From Geosiphon pyriformis uo1 (lineage: Eukaryota; Fungi; Glomeromycota): a DNA stretch of 64,000 bases. The notes below the pieces were generated by a model. The model saw only the letters and a list, made by a program, of their open reading frames with translations, had not been told where the DNA came from and made no database searches. Positions 40,220 to 52,493 of the stretch are shown here, piece by piece. How positions within the stretch are numbered: the first letter of the stretch is position 1; every line of letters begins with the position of its first letter. The translations under genes were made by a program, and so were the position numbers. The stretch is from NCBI GenBank assembly GCA_016748015.1, contig JAAOMT010000760.1, positions 696,216 through 760,215 on the forward strand. Direction: 5' to 3'.

Positions 40220-43200
40220 CTTTTAGAGCGTTATTTTTAATTTTAAGTCGGTTTTTTTTTTTGTAAAAATAAAACATTAGCTTTTTTTAGTATTTTTGCT
40301 AATTCTATAGCATCAGTATCAATTAGAGTTTTTAATTTTTTTGTTGTTATAAACAACAGTGTTTTTTCTGTTTCAAACAATACAGTAACAATAGGTTGGT
40401 TAAACCTGTAATTAATCAACATTTGACTGTATTGTTTGATATTGTTATGGTTAAAGGTTGTAGTTTTTATTATTTATTATATGTATTAATATATATAATT
40501 AGCCATTTTATTTTTAAATAGTAATTATTGACCCAATTATTAACTTGATTGTTAATTTAGTTATTAAACTATTTATTAACTTGATTATTAACTTAATTGT
40601 TATTTTGATTGCTAATTTGGTTATTAATTCTTTTTAATAACTATATAAGCAATGTCTTTTTTAGACATAAAAAAAAATATTATTTAATTAAAGTCTGATT
40701 TTCTATTTTTTTTTATTACTTATTTATTTACTTTATTTTCAATTATTTTATATTTTTGTAATATGAATTATCTGTTAATATTCACATATATTTTTTTTAA
40801 TTAATATTGTTAAAATTATTTAAAAAGCCCATTTGCTTGCTTTTGCGATTTATTAAATTAAAAATCACAATAATATCTGTTATGAATTCTAAAAATTTGC
40901 TAAGTAAAACATAAAACAATATTAACAATATTAATTTATTGACAATTATAAACTATTTTTTTATCTTCAGATTTTTTAAAAAAAATTGTGATTGTAATTT
41001 TGAGACCATTAAATTTTACCGATTTAATTTACATTTTTAATTGAAATTTTTATTATTATTTTTAATAGTTATTTTTATATTTATTAGCTTATTATTTTAA
41101 TTTGTAATATATTAAATAAATTTTAATTAATATATTACCAGTTTTAAAAACAAAACAAGTTATATTTTCAACATGTAACTTTATTTAATCATTTTATAAA
41201 GTCACCTAATTACAAAAATTGAAGTTTTTTTGGTTTTTTGAAAGCACATTAGTTTTAATAGTATTTTAAAAAAAATACTAATTAACAAAGATTTTTAAAT
41301 AGATAATTTTTATTTTTGTATTTAATATTATTGTGAAAATTAAATTAATTTATATTAAAACTTTTCTTTACTTTTTATATGTTTATTAATAATAAATTGG
41401 TTACAAAAAACAGTATTAGGTTTTTATATAAATTTGTATTTCAAAGTTTTTTTTTGAATATTATTATGAAAATTAAGTCTGCTAATTTTTTTGTTATTTT
41501 TAAGATTGCAAAAAAATTTTTGGTTTCTGTTTTTATTTAAATATTTTTACTAATAGCATCAAATATACTTTTGAAATTTTTGGTAAAATTTTTAAATCTT
41601 ACTAGTTTATAATAATATAGTATTGTTTATTTTAAAACTTTTAAAGTTTTTAAAGCTGTTTTTGCTTACAAGTTGGTTATTAAAAAGCAGTGTTGAAATT
41701 CTTAAATAATTGTTTTTATTTATATTGTTTTTAATGCTATTATACTTTAAAAGAAGTTATATTTGATGAAAATTTTAAATATAAGTGCCGTTATAAATAC
41801 CAAAGTTTAGATTTTTTAGCTTTTAACTATGAAAGTTTTTTGTTAAATCTTTAATTAATTTTAATATTCTTAATACTTGGATTGTTAATTTGATATATTA
41901 TATGCCAAAGCTGCTGTTTTTGGTTTTTATTTTGTAATACTTCTAAATATTATTGTTAAATTAAAACTGATTTTTTTAATTTTAATTATATAAGTTGTTT
42001 TAGCTGTTGTTTAATCTATTAGCTTTTTAATAAATATAGTTTTTTTTCGTTAATTGTAAAAAAAATCTTGATCTAATGGTAGATAACTAAATATTTTCTT
42101 AAAAAAGCAAATTGGTAATATAATTAACTTTGTTGGTAATATATTTAAAATTTTTATTGAATTTAAAAAAAATTTAAAAAAAATTTGGTGTTGGTTTTTT
42201 AATAATAAAGATACAAACAATAATGTAAATATTTTTGTAAGCAAAAGCATATTCAATTAATTAATAATTTTTTGAGCTTTTCAAAATTCTAAAATTAAAA
42301 AAAGTGAGAAAGAAACCAGATTGCAATTGGATGAATTTTTTAAGAATGTTGATTATTTAAATAGTTATATTAACAAAATAAAAGCACAAAGTTTGTTTTT
42401 TTTATTCAATCCAAGATAATTTTAATTGACTTAAATAATTAATCATGTATTGTATATAGCATAATTTAAATATAATGTATAATAATTGAGTAGTATAAAA
42501 ATAGTTATTAATTAAATTACATTATATATTTTAAACAATTATTTAATATTAAACATAATTGAAAAATAAATTACTTATTTCAAGTTTTACAAAAATGTTA
42601 TTCCTTTTTAATTATTAAATATTTTAAACTTAATAAAATCTTTGAATTAATTTTTTTAATATTATACTTATTTTGAAATATATTAATTTTAGTTAAAAAT
42701 AAGACTGTAATTAAAAATTTTTACTTGAATTTTTTCGCGAATTTTGAAAAATTAGTTTTAAAATAATAATCAAAATAATAATAATAATAATAATAATAGT
42801 AATAATAATAAATTTGGTAAAGAAAAATTTGTAATAATTACAAAAAACATAACTTGAAAACTGCAAATTTATTAAAAATTAAAATAAAAAAATACCATTT
42901 TTAATCTGTGTAAAAGTAAAATAATTAATATTTACAAAAATATAAGAATTTAACAACATTAAGTTTTTCATAGTAGTAATAATAACATTAAAACTGGTTT
43001 TGATGTATATTTTAAAAAAAACTTTGACTTCTAATCTAAGACAAAAAAAAACGCTTTTAAAACAGCTAAAAGCTCCTTTGCAACAGAAATATTTAAAAAA
43101 GATGATTTTACAATATTTTGTCTAACTGTCTTTATAATTAAAAACTTTTTGGATTATAGCACTTTTAATTATTATAAAGTTGCTTCTGTTTTACTGGCTA

Positions 43201-46042
43201 TAATTATAAAAATCATATGAAAAAAGTTTTTTATAAGGAATTAATAAATAAATAAATGAAAATAAAAAATATTGATTAATAACATATAATTTTATTATTT
43301 AATTTTGCTTAATTTTTTATCTTTGAAAAAAAAATTTTTCATAAAGTCAAGTTTTAATATTAATTAAGAGTTTATTTTTTCTGATTTTAAAAACTCAAAA
43401 TATTCAATTTTAGACTTTTTTATTATTAATACTTCATCTGTAGATTTTTAAACTGTTTATATATTTTCTTAAATTATTTTCGATTTTTTTCATAATAAAA
43501 CAATTTTTAAGACTAATATCTTAACACTATTACTAGGCATAAAATATCATTTCAATTTATTATTTATTAATTAGCCAAATTATCAAATATTACTATTCAA
43601 CTAATAACCTGATTTGTACAATGTACAAGTATAACTAAAATAATAATCAGATTATGCAATACCCAGAATTATGTAACATTTGAAAATTAACTGAAATATT
43701 TAGAAATTCACCAAAATATTCAACAGTTTACCAAAATATTTACTAATTAATAAATAACTTGTAGTTTGCCGGAATATATATTTAGTTTATTGAAATATTA
43801 GCAAATAAAAGTACTAGAACTCAAAATAGTATTACAAAAATATATAAAAGAAAAATTTCTCTTTTTGAAAAAATATATCAATCAATTGTTTATTTTATTA
43901 ATTAATTAATTATTACAAATCAATAAAATAAAATTGCTACTTCTTAAAACTTTTTTTATAATTAACATTGCTTTAAAATTAACTAGTTACCAATTTTAGT
44001 AACAGTTTAGTTAACTCTAGGTCTGGATAGAAGATATTTCCTTTATTGAACATTTCTTTTCATTTTTTATTTCTTTTTTTTCTTATATTAAAGAGCCTAT
44101 AGTCACAATTTTTTATAAAAGAGTTGATTTTCACCACAAAGTAACAACACAAAGTAATTGGCATGGAATTGGTTATTCTATCATAAGCCCAATAGCACAA
44201 ATAGTTTGAAGTATAGAGAGATACTTTGGAGGTAAATTAGCTTATTGGAAATTTAACAGTTTTCATCAGAAATAGAAGTAACAATTAACAACATTAAAGA
44301 AAACAACTAAAATCTTTGGTAACAATGCTTTCAATTATTTTGGCAATACAACAAAATAAAATAAATGGAAAAGCAATCTTAAGTTTACTCTAAATGAAGA
44401 TAGTTATTGTAAGAATAAAATTATGAAAATCATTATAAAAAAAACATTTCTGTTGTTAACTCTAATAATAATATATTAAAACTATAAATATTACTTTTTT
44501 GATATAAAATATATGAATAAATTTATATATCATTTTTTTAAATTTTGTTTTTTTGTTATTCTTTATTATTTGCAGACTGGCATAGTTTAAGATTACAAAT
44601 TTGTTTATTTTATATGTTATTAATATTGTAAGATATTTTTCAAATATAGATTACAATGAAACACAATAGAAAAATAAACTTGTAAAAATTTATAAGCTAT
44701 AAATATGCAATTAATAAATATTTTTACTTCTCTTATGTTTAGCAACCTCTATTACAATTTTATATTTGAGTATTTTAGTAATTAAATTTTGATTGTCATT
44801 AACATAACTTTTTGAATACCTAACTATTAATCATGTAATAAAATAAATAGATATATACAATAAATAATATTAAATAATACATAAATTTAATACAAATTTA
44901 AATAATAATATTTATTAATTTTTTTTATCTGTTTTATATAATTTTATTATTATTTTTGTTTCTTTTTTTATATTTTATAATGTTTCGTTTTATAAATTAT
45001 ACCAAGTTTTTTATTAACATAAAATTATTTATAATCTTGATTATGAATTTAATATTTATTATTATTTTATTTTTTATATAAATTATTCAATTTAAATTAT
45101 TAACAACTTAAATTGTAGTAATTTACAAGTATAACTAAATATTTTACTATATTTTAAACTATGGAATAATAAAAATTTTGTTAAGATATTTAATAATTTG
45201 CCAAATTTTTATCAAACTGATAATATTAGAATTTGAAATAGTATTTTCCAAGTTGTCCGGGGTTTGGTGATCGGCCACCGCGACGGTGTGTGGTTATGTA
45301 AGTCTAAACATAGGGCTGAGAAGGGTGGTTTGGTATGTGATAACTTTACTGTGTTTCACTTCGCTCGTGGTCTGCTGGCGCTCATATCTGATGATGGTGT
45401 TCGTTTGCTTGGCATTGCTGAAACTCTCGCTCGTTTTTTTCCTGGTCCGGGCGGAGACGTCACTTTTAGAATGGATACGTACTGTTGCCTTGATTGGCCC
45501 GAGTGGCTGGTCACATGTAGTAAGCGCGTGATTCGCGTCTAGTTTAGGACGCTTGGTTGTCGTATTGTACTATATAGCGATTGGGCCTCACTTTTTAAAT
45601 AAATAAATAGATAAAAATAGTATTACTTAAAAAAATATAAAATATAAAACTATAAATTAAAAAAAGTTATTTTCAAATATTTGGTTGCTATTATTGTTAT
45701 TAATAATAAAAGTTGCTCTTAGTTGGCTATTTAAAAAATAATAGTAGCAATAGTGATTGTTATAATAATAATTAAAAAAAAACAGTAATTTTATTACAAA
45801 TTTGTTGGCAAAAGTCTTAAAACTTTTAGCAGTAGTTATAACAACATTAAAATTGTTTTTAGCGTGTTTTTTAAAAGAAACTTTAATTGGAAAAACATTT
45901 TCGTTTAAGAAAAAAAAATTGTTATAAATCTGCATTATTTACCAAAAAAAACTTTATTAGTTGTTATTTTTTTAATTATCATAGTAAGAATAATAATTTC
46001 TTTGATTTAAAACATAATTTTATAGAATTTTAATAATCAGCT

Positions 46043-46075
<33 letters not shown>

Positions 46076-46150
46076 GTAATTGCAATTGTTTAATTATTAA
46101 TTTATTAAGTATTTTAACTAATGATACTTAAGTTAAATTACTTTCTAAAC
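40220..46150. repeat. Extremely AT-rich block of nested, hypermutated element relics
   Basis: Very low GC with CpG and TpC depleted. Contains a possible retroviral-protease motif relic (minus strand KTLIDTDA near 40305-40335), a degenerate ~20-bp minisatellite and a GC-rich LINE 3' end. Confidence 0.6.
45252..45614 (+). mobile_element. 5'-truncated non-LTR (LINE-like) retrotransposon 3' end, copy B
   Basis: GC-rich island encoding an ORF end (HRDGVWLCKSKHRAEKGGL...DGVRLLGIAE...FFPGPGGDVTFRMDT). The 3' UTR is shared with copy A and followed by an A-rich tail. Candidate decayed TSD: AAATAGTATTTTCCAA (45236-45251) and AAATAGTATTACTTAA (45615-45630), 12/16. Confidence 0.72.
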
Positions 46151-46216
46151 GTACTATCAAATAAACCTTTAAAGAAACTCTAAAGAATAATTATCCATTC
46201 ACATTTTATTCTTATC

Positions 46217-46900
46217 ATGGAAATTAAAAAGATTCCTCCATATACTTATGATTTCAACGAATGTAAACGGTGTCAAGAGAGTATTAAAAAGAATGATAAT
46301 AATTATTGTGGAGTATGCCATTTCATATTTTTAAAAAAACTTTACCGCGGCTTTTCAAGCGGCAATATAGTAGCTGATGAAATAATTAAGAATCCAATCT
46401 ATAACAGTTTTTTAAATTACCTTGAATTGATTCCATGGGAGCGTTTGTCAAATATCAAGGAAATTGCTAGAAGAGGTTCATCATAATTTATAAAGCAACA
46501 TGGGTTAATGGACCGATTAATTTGGATAGTATAAAACATGATAGTTCAATAGAATATACCAAGAAAAAAAAAGTGGCAGTAAAAATTATAAAAACAAACA
46601 GTTTAGAAGTGTTTAAAGAGGTAAATAAACTATTATTATTTATATTTTTATATATTAATTAATATTTAATTAATTTACTTATTATTTATTTATTTATTTA
46701 TTTTATATAATCTATTTATTTATTTATTCTATTTGTTATATAATCTATTTACTAATTTACTAATTTACTAATTTATACACTGTTGATTGTTAAGTATCCA
46801 AAGAACTATGTTAATAATAACAGTAAGGAATTACTCAATATCTCTAGAATATGGGGGATTACGCAAAACGCTGAAACACTCGAGTATGGAATGGAGACAT
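46217..46900 (+). pseudogene. TKL protein kinase pseudogene, N-lobe only
   Basis: CxxC...CxxC N-terminus, SSGN..DEII and LELIPWERLSNIKEIARRG. A frameshift in the Gly-rich loop is followed by IIYKATWVNGPI...KVAVKIIK...VFKE, an intron and RIWGITQNAETLEY, then truncation. Confidence 0.85.
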
Positions 46901-48329
46901 GCAAAAATATTTAAATTTTATTCATGAGTTTTTTAATAAATTGATTAAAATTTGGAGTTAAATGTTATAATTTTGCTCAATTACCTAAATCTGACAATCA
47001 ATTTGTTAAAATATTTATAGTATTGTGTTATTATTTTGCTAAGTTGCTATTTGATAATTAATTATTGACTTTAGTATTAATCTACTTATTCATTCAATTA
47101 TAAATCAAAGTGTTAATTCAATTATTGGCTTGCCCAATTATTTCTTTTAGAAAATATACACAAAACTTCTTAAAACTGTAAAAAAGTATTAATTAAAGTA
47201 TAATTAATTTATTGATCAAACAAAATTTAATAACGCAATTTTTTTTAATTAAAATATCTTAAAATAACGTTTAGAGATTCTTTTTCTTTTTTCTATTCTT
47301 TTTTTTTTATTTTTATTATAAAATAAATAATTATTGAAAAATATTTAAAAAATTTCAATGTTTCGAGTTTTTATGACTGGCATTCAAGATTATTAATGCT
47401 TAGATTTAAATGTTTAAATTTATAACTTTTTATATTTCAACAAGATTAGATAACATTGTAATTTTTAAGTGTCATGATTCGAATACCCTTAGCATAAATT
47501 TTTGAACTTTTGCTATTTTTAAATTATTATTATTTTATTACCTCTCCCAAGATTATCCAATCTTGTGAACAAGAATCGAGGATATTTCTGCAGATGGGTT
47601 TGCATTTTTGAGATCTATAAAAAGAAATTATAAGTTAAAAAGACTAATCTGATTTAAAGCTAGTGAATGATTGGTTTCTGTAATTACAATCACTATAAAC
47701 ATTTCCTTATTTTATCTATTTGATGAAAAAAATTGTACAATATACTTTTCATATATATGCTTTCTTCGTATCACATCAATTCACTCAATTGTAAATAAGA
47801 TTTGAATATTGAAAAATTACTAAATTTAAATCTGAACCTGATAAAAGATGTTTAAAATTACAACTATTTTTTCAAAACAATAAATCTCAATCGCCAAAAA
47901 GTTTGCACACGTTTGCCATATTTTTCTCTTTTAAGATTAGTGTATGTGAATTTAAATTTTTGTTAAGAATTCTTTTTTAAAAAAATATCCTATACAGTTG
48001 AATCTCCTATTCCAATTTGATTTGCCAAAATGCTATTTAAAAGTGATGGTTGGCTTCTTCAATTTGACAGTTTGATTTTTTTAACAAGAATGAGAGCATT
48101 ATGCTTCTATTTTTGAGTCTGCAAGAAATTTATAAGGTGAAACTTTTCTTTTGACTGATCTTTGGATTGTGCAACTTCGGATTTAACGAGAAATTTTTAT
48201 TATGCATGTAGTTGGTGAACAATTAGCTAACTATAATTTAAAATTTTTCGTTAAGCCGAAGTTGTACAATTCGATTTCGGATTAACGAGAGTGACTATGG
48301 TAAAGAAGTAACAAGAAAATCTCAATAGA

Positions 48330-49390
48330 AATAAGTAAAAATGGGGAAAATGATAAAGCTTATTGTGGATGAACTTGTACAAGAAATATGTTGCACAATA
48401 TCAAGAATTCCAATAATGCTCGAAAACCTGCTATATTTGGAAAAGCAAATAATAGATTATATTGAATTTCTAAATACACTTGATAGTTCTTTTTTGCAGG
48501 TGTCATTAAACTTTTCGCAAATTCGAAAGCTATTATTCCCTTCCAATCCCTTACTAAAGACTTGAACATCTTCACGTAATTGAAATGGTTTAATTTAAAA
48601 ACCTTTTAACATTATCTAATTTATAACCTTAAAGAATTCTAATCTGTCTCCATTCGGATTTAGCATTAATCTCAATAATCTCCCCATAGATTTCTGTACT
48701 CTTCACATTTGGTGTTGCCCTCGAACCATTTTCCAAACAGAAACGTCAGTAATAACTACCTGAGCCACAGTATATGCACCCCCAATAATTAATAGAGCAG
48801 TAGCCCAAATTATCAAGATTGATATCAGTTTCTCTTTGCAAGTTACCGACTTGACCTTTCAAAATAATAAATTCAAGGATTAAAAATACGCCTATGTTAA
48901 ATTACCTCTTTCTTGATTATTTGAATGATAAAATTTTCCAACAGCTTTTTCAAGTAGTTCATCAAAATTGTTAAAATAATCTACGCTACCATTTTCATCG
49001 TCTTCTTTGGTAAATATCAAACCAATAACACCAGTCACCATCTTTGTTATCAAGATATCTTTTCAAAAACGCCATCTTGTAATTTTCAGCTTGTTCTCGA
49101 ATACGTTTAATTGTACTACTACGTTTATCATCAGTGGGAAAGACGATTACAATAACGAATATATCGTTATTACCAGATTGTTCTTAAGTATTTGAACCCA
49201 GGTAAATGTTACTCACTATTTCCAAAAAAATTTCTTGGAGCTTAGCTTCTTGTTGATTGGTAGCATCATATTGATGTTCAAACCAATCTCTACGTTTCAT
49301 ATAATCTTTCGATTTTTAATAATTGGTGGCAGAATACTCTCGATTCAAAATCTGGAGAATTTCTTCAATAACTTTTGGATTATCTTCCAT
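48330..49390 (-). pseudogene. Decayed gene of unknown family with a hydrophobic segment
   Basis: MEDNPKVIEEILQILNREYSATNY*KSKDYMKRRDWFEHQY..., ...TKMVTGVIGLIFTKEDDENGSVDYFNNFDELLEKAVGK... and LISILIIWATALLIIGGAYTVAQVV. These protein-like stretches are broken by stops and frameshifts; limits are approximate. Confidence 0.45.
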
Positions 49391-51201
49391 TTTCCACAAG
49401 TAGCCATATGAGGTTCAATTAATATAGATAGGGAGGAATATCCTATAATCTCAATTATTTTCAGGGTAAGTGAGATAGTTTCTGCTTTGATTTATTACTT
49501 ATTAATTTTAATTTAACAGGAGAATTATTGTCATTATTCACTCTTGCCATCATGATATTTAACCAAAAGAACTTGATAATTTACAAGCTGAGAAATCTTT
49601 GGGTTTTCCTAGGACCTATTTATAATATTTTTGCATATATTAATTTCTGTTAGATTATATTAATGTATAATCACTTTCAAAATATTTTAAATTTTTTTAT
49701 GTAAAATATGCAATCATGTTGCAATGGATCATGTTAATGATTCGTTTTTTAAATATAAATTGTTTTGAGGGCAAGTGCTCCTACACCTTTTTATTTTGTG
49801 ATATAATATAGAATATTTAATAATCTATATCAAAAGAAAATATATTAATAACCTACAATACTAATTTAATAAAAAAATTTATAAAGTTTCCTTTAAAATT
49901 GATACATTTTCTCTGTTGATGATGACTGAATATCAAAAGACTTGGCAAATTTATGAACTCACAAATGACCTTTAGCATTAACCAAAGGTCTAATTTTTTT
50001 CTACTTTATCCCTCTTCTCAATGAAAATGAAGGTTCTAATACCCTTCTTTATATTTTTTTATTTCTTTCTCTTGGTTTTTCTTTTTTTTCCCTTTATTTT
50101 GCAAAATTTTTCTTAATTTGCTGTGAGAATTAATAGTTGTTTTTTTCCCAATTCGGTTAGGTTTTGTCATAGGTCGGAGAATTTTCAAAGAGTTAGGAAT
50201 TGAAATTAAGTTTTTTGCCAAATTGTTTTAATAAATCTTTTTACTTTTGGGGAGTCAAAATTTAATGAAAAGATGGGCATTTTGCTATGCAAGTGGAAAC
50301 TTTATTAAATTTAAAATTATGTCATAAATAATGATAATTGTCGAAATTTTCGATTCTTTTGTCCACGCCACATTCGCAATTGTTGATATATATATTTCAT
50401 TTGGCGGCGAATCCATGGTCATACACACTTCTTTTGTAAATTTATCTCTTATCAGAGATGAATTTCAATTTCAAAAAAGGTTTGTTTGAAAATCTATGGG
50501 CCGAAGAGAACAAAGTTTAAATCATTATAAAGATTACCACGGATTTTGTTAATTTGTAAATTATTGCCAAAAACAGACAATCGCTCTTCCCGAATATTCA
50601 CAATATAATTTATGCCTTCCTGCATGAAGGGTCGTTACCTTTTTCACGTACAACATTTCCCATACGTTGAAGATCATCGGAAATAGAAGCACCAATTGTG
50701 ACATTTCATTTTATTGTTGCATAAATATGTGTCAAACTTCAATTATTTAAAACCTCTTTCTTTTATCCTTTTCCTTCCCTTCCCTTTCTCCCATCTCACC
50801 ACCTTTGCGGCATCATCTCGTCATCATTATTAGCGCCTTCCTAATTCCATATCTTTCCTTGTGTCATTCTTTAACTTTCTTTTTCAGGTGAGAATCACAA
50901 CCAAAACACGTTTTCTCGAGCTTTCATTTTGCCGCCGAAATTGGCAACACGACAAATTTGTAACAGGATACAAAACATATAATAGAAAATTAGGCAGGCT
51001 TGAAACATCCGCCTAAAATCAAAATAGACCCCGCTAGAAGCGCATAAATTTATTGTTTTCTTCTTACCCCTAACTTTAGACAATCCTCTCTATAGATTAC
51101 TATTCGTAAAATACTATTTTTTATATCCTTTTTTCACCCTTTCTTAGTGCTCTTATCTTGTAAAAAAACTATACCCCTCTAACTAAACAAACGCCGTAAA
51201 T

Positions 51202-52493
51202 ATGCTACAAAGAGAAGAAAAATACCTAGAAGTCGACGAACCTACCTCGTTTCTTCGCGAAACACTCAAGGAAATTGAAGAGATTGATTCAACTGGCATC
51301 CTAAAATGTGTTGACCAAACGGTTGTGGACACTTATCAGGCTGCGAAGTTGGGAGCATATCGGCTTTTGCATTTTGAAGAATTACCCTTGCCATGGCAGG
51401 AAAATCCGTGAGTATTTTTCGGGATCAATATTAAAAGTGGCAATTGTTCTTAAACTCAAATCATTTTCTATATCAAAAATTTAAGTCACTAATCCACAAT
51501 CTTTGCTCTTTTTAAAGGTACATACTCTCTGGATACCGTTTTCTGTCAACAAAGCGAGCTTGCCTCGAATCAATTTTTTATCTACATAACGAAACTTGTA
51601 ATATATGGTCACATCTTCTTGGATTAGTGTTTTTCTTGGGACTTGGCGTCTACGCTTTCAAAACTCATCTCTCGGATGCGACCACGTTTGATAAGATTGT
51701 ATTCGCTGTGTTTTTCGTAGCCGCTTCAAAATGGTAAGCTTAAATCATTATTTTATAATTGAATTAGAAATTTTGCAGATGCTACATTGAACATTCATTC
51801 AATAAATGTTCCTAATATACACTTCATCTTTTTGAATTTCACAGCCTTATTTGCTCCGTACTATACCATACATTTAATCATTGTGCAAATTTACCGGGTA
51901 ATTATTCGTTTATTTTCCAATTTGAAGTTCTCCCGAAATTTTTATTACCCTTTGCTAACAATTGCTCTTATAAATTAGTTAAAAAATGTGCAGCCACATT
52001 TGACTACATCGGAATATCTCTTCTAATTACAGCATCAATCCTTATAACGGAATATTATAGTTTTTATTGTTCACCATACATACGTGCTTTCTACATGACG
52101 TTCACCTTTTTAACAGGCCTTGTCCCTATCACATGCTCAATCCTATTTCCATGGTGGGATACCAAGGATTATCGTTCGTACCGACTCGCGACATTTATCA
52201 TGTTGGGCTCCTCGGGAATTTTCCCTCTATCCCACTTGATACACGTTCAAGGACTAGTTCACGTATGGCATTTTGTCAGTCCTGTAATATCTAGCCTCAC
52301 CGCATATTTGACCGGCGTATGGATTTATGCCAATCGATTGCCAGAACGAAAATGGCCAGGAAAACTAGATCACTTTGGAATACATAGTCATTCTGTTTGG
52401 CATGTTTTTGTTTGCATTGGGATTTATGAACATTATCGTGCTTCATTGTGGTTTTTCGAGAGACGGTATTCTAGTTGTGGAATGAGATCTTGA
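51202..52493 (+). CDS. PAQR / haemolysin-III family 7-TM protein (IZH / adiponectin-receptor-like)
   Basis: The spliced model has PWQENPYILSGYR, LHNETCNIWSH, SVLYHTF, FDYIGIS, PERKWPGKLD and HSHSVWHVFV. Four exons with GT-AG introns. Confidence 0.93.

Noticed and set aside
45380-45470. Hammerhead-ribozyme-like words CTGATGA...GAAAC...GTC in LINE copy B
   Set aside because: Stem III is plausible, but stem II is weak and stem I cannot form. The words fall in ORF-coding sequence (SDDGVRLLGIAET), so coincidence is likely.
39745-45614. Single full-length ~5.9-kb LINE from the ORF1-like start to the 3' end
   Set aside because: Copy B has its own candidate TSD and is far less mutated. The middle looks like a mosaic of unrelated relics.
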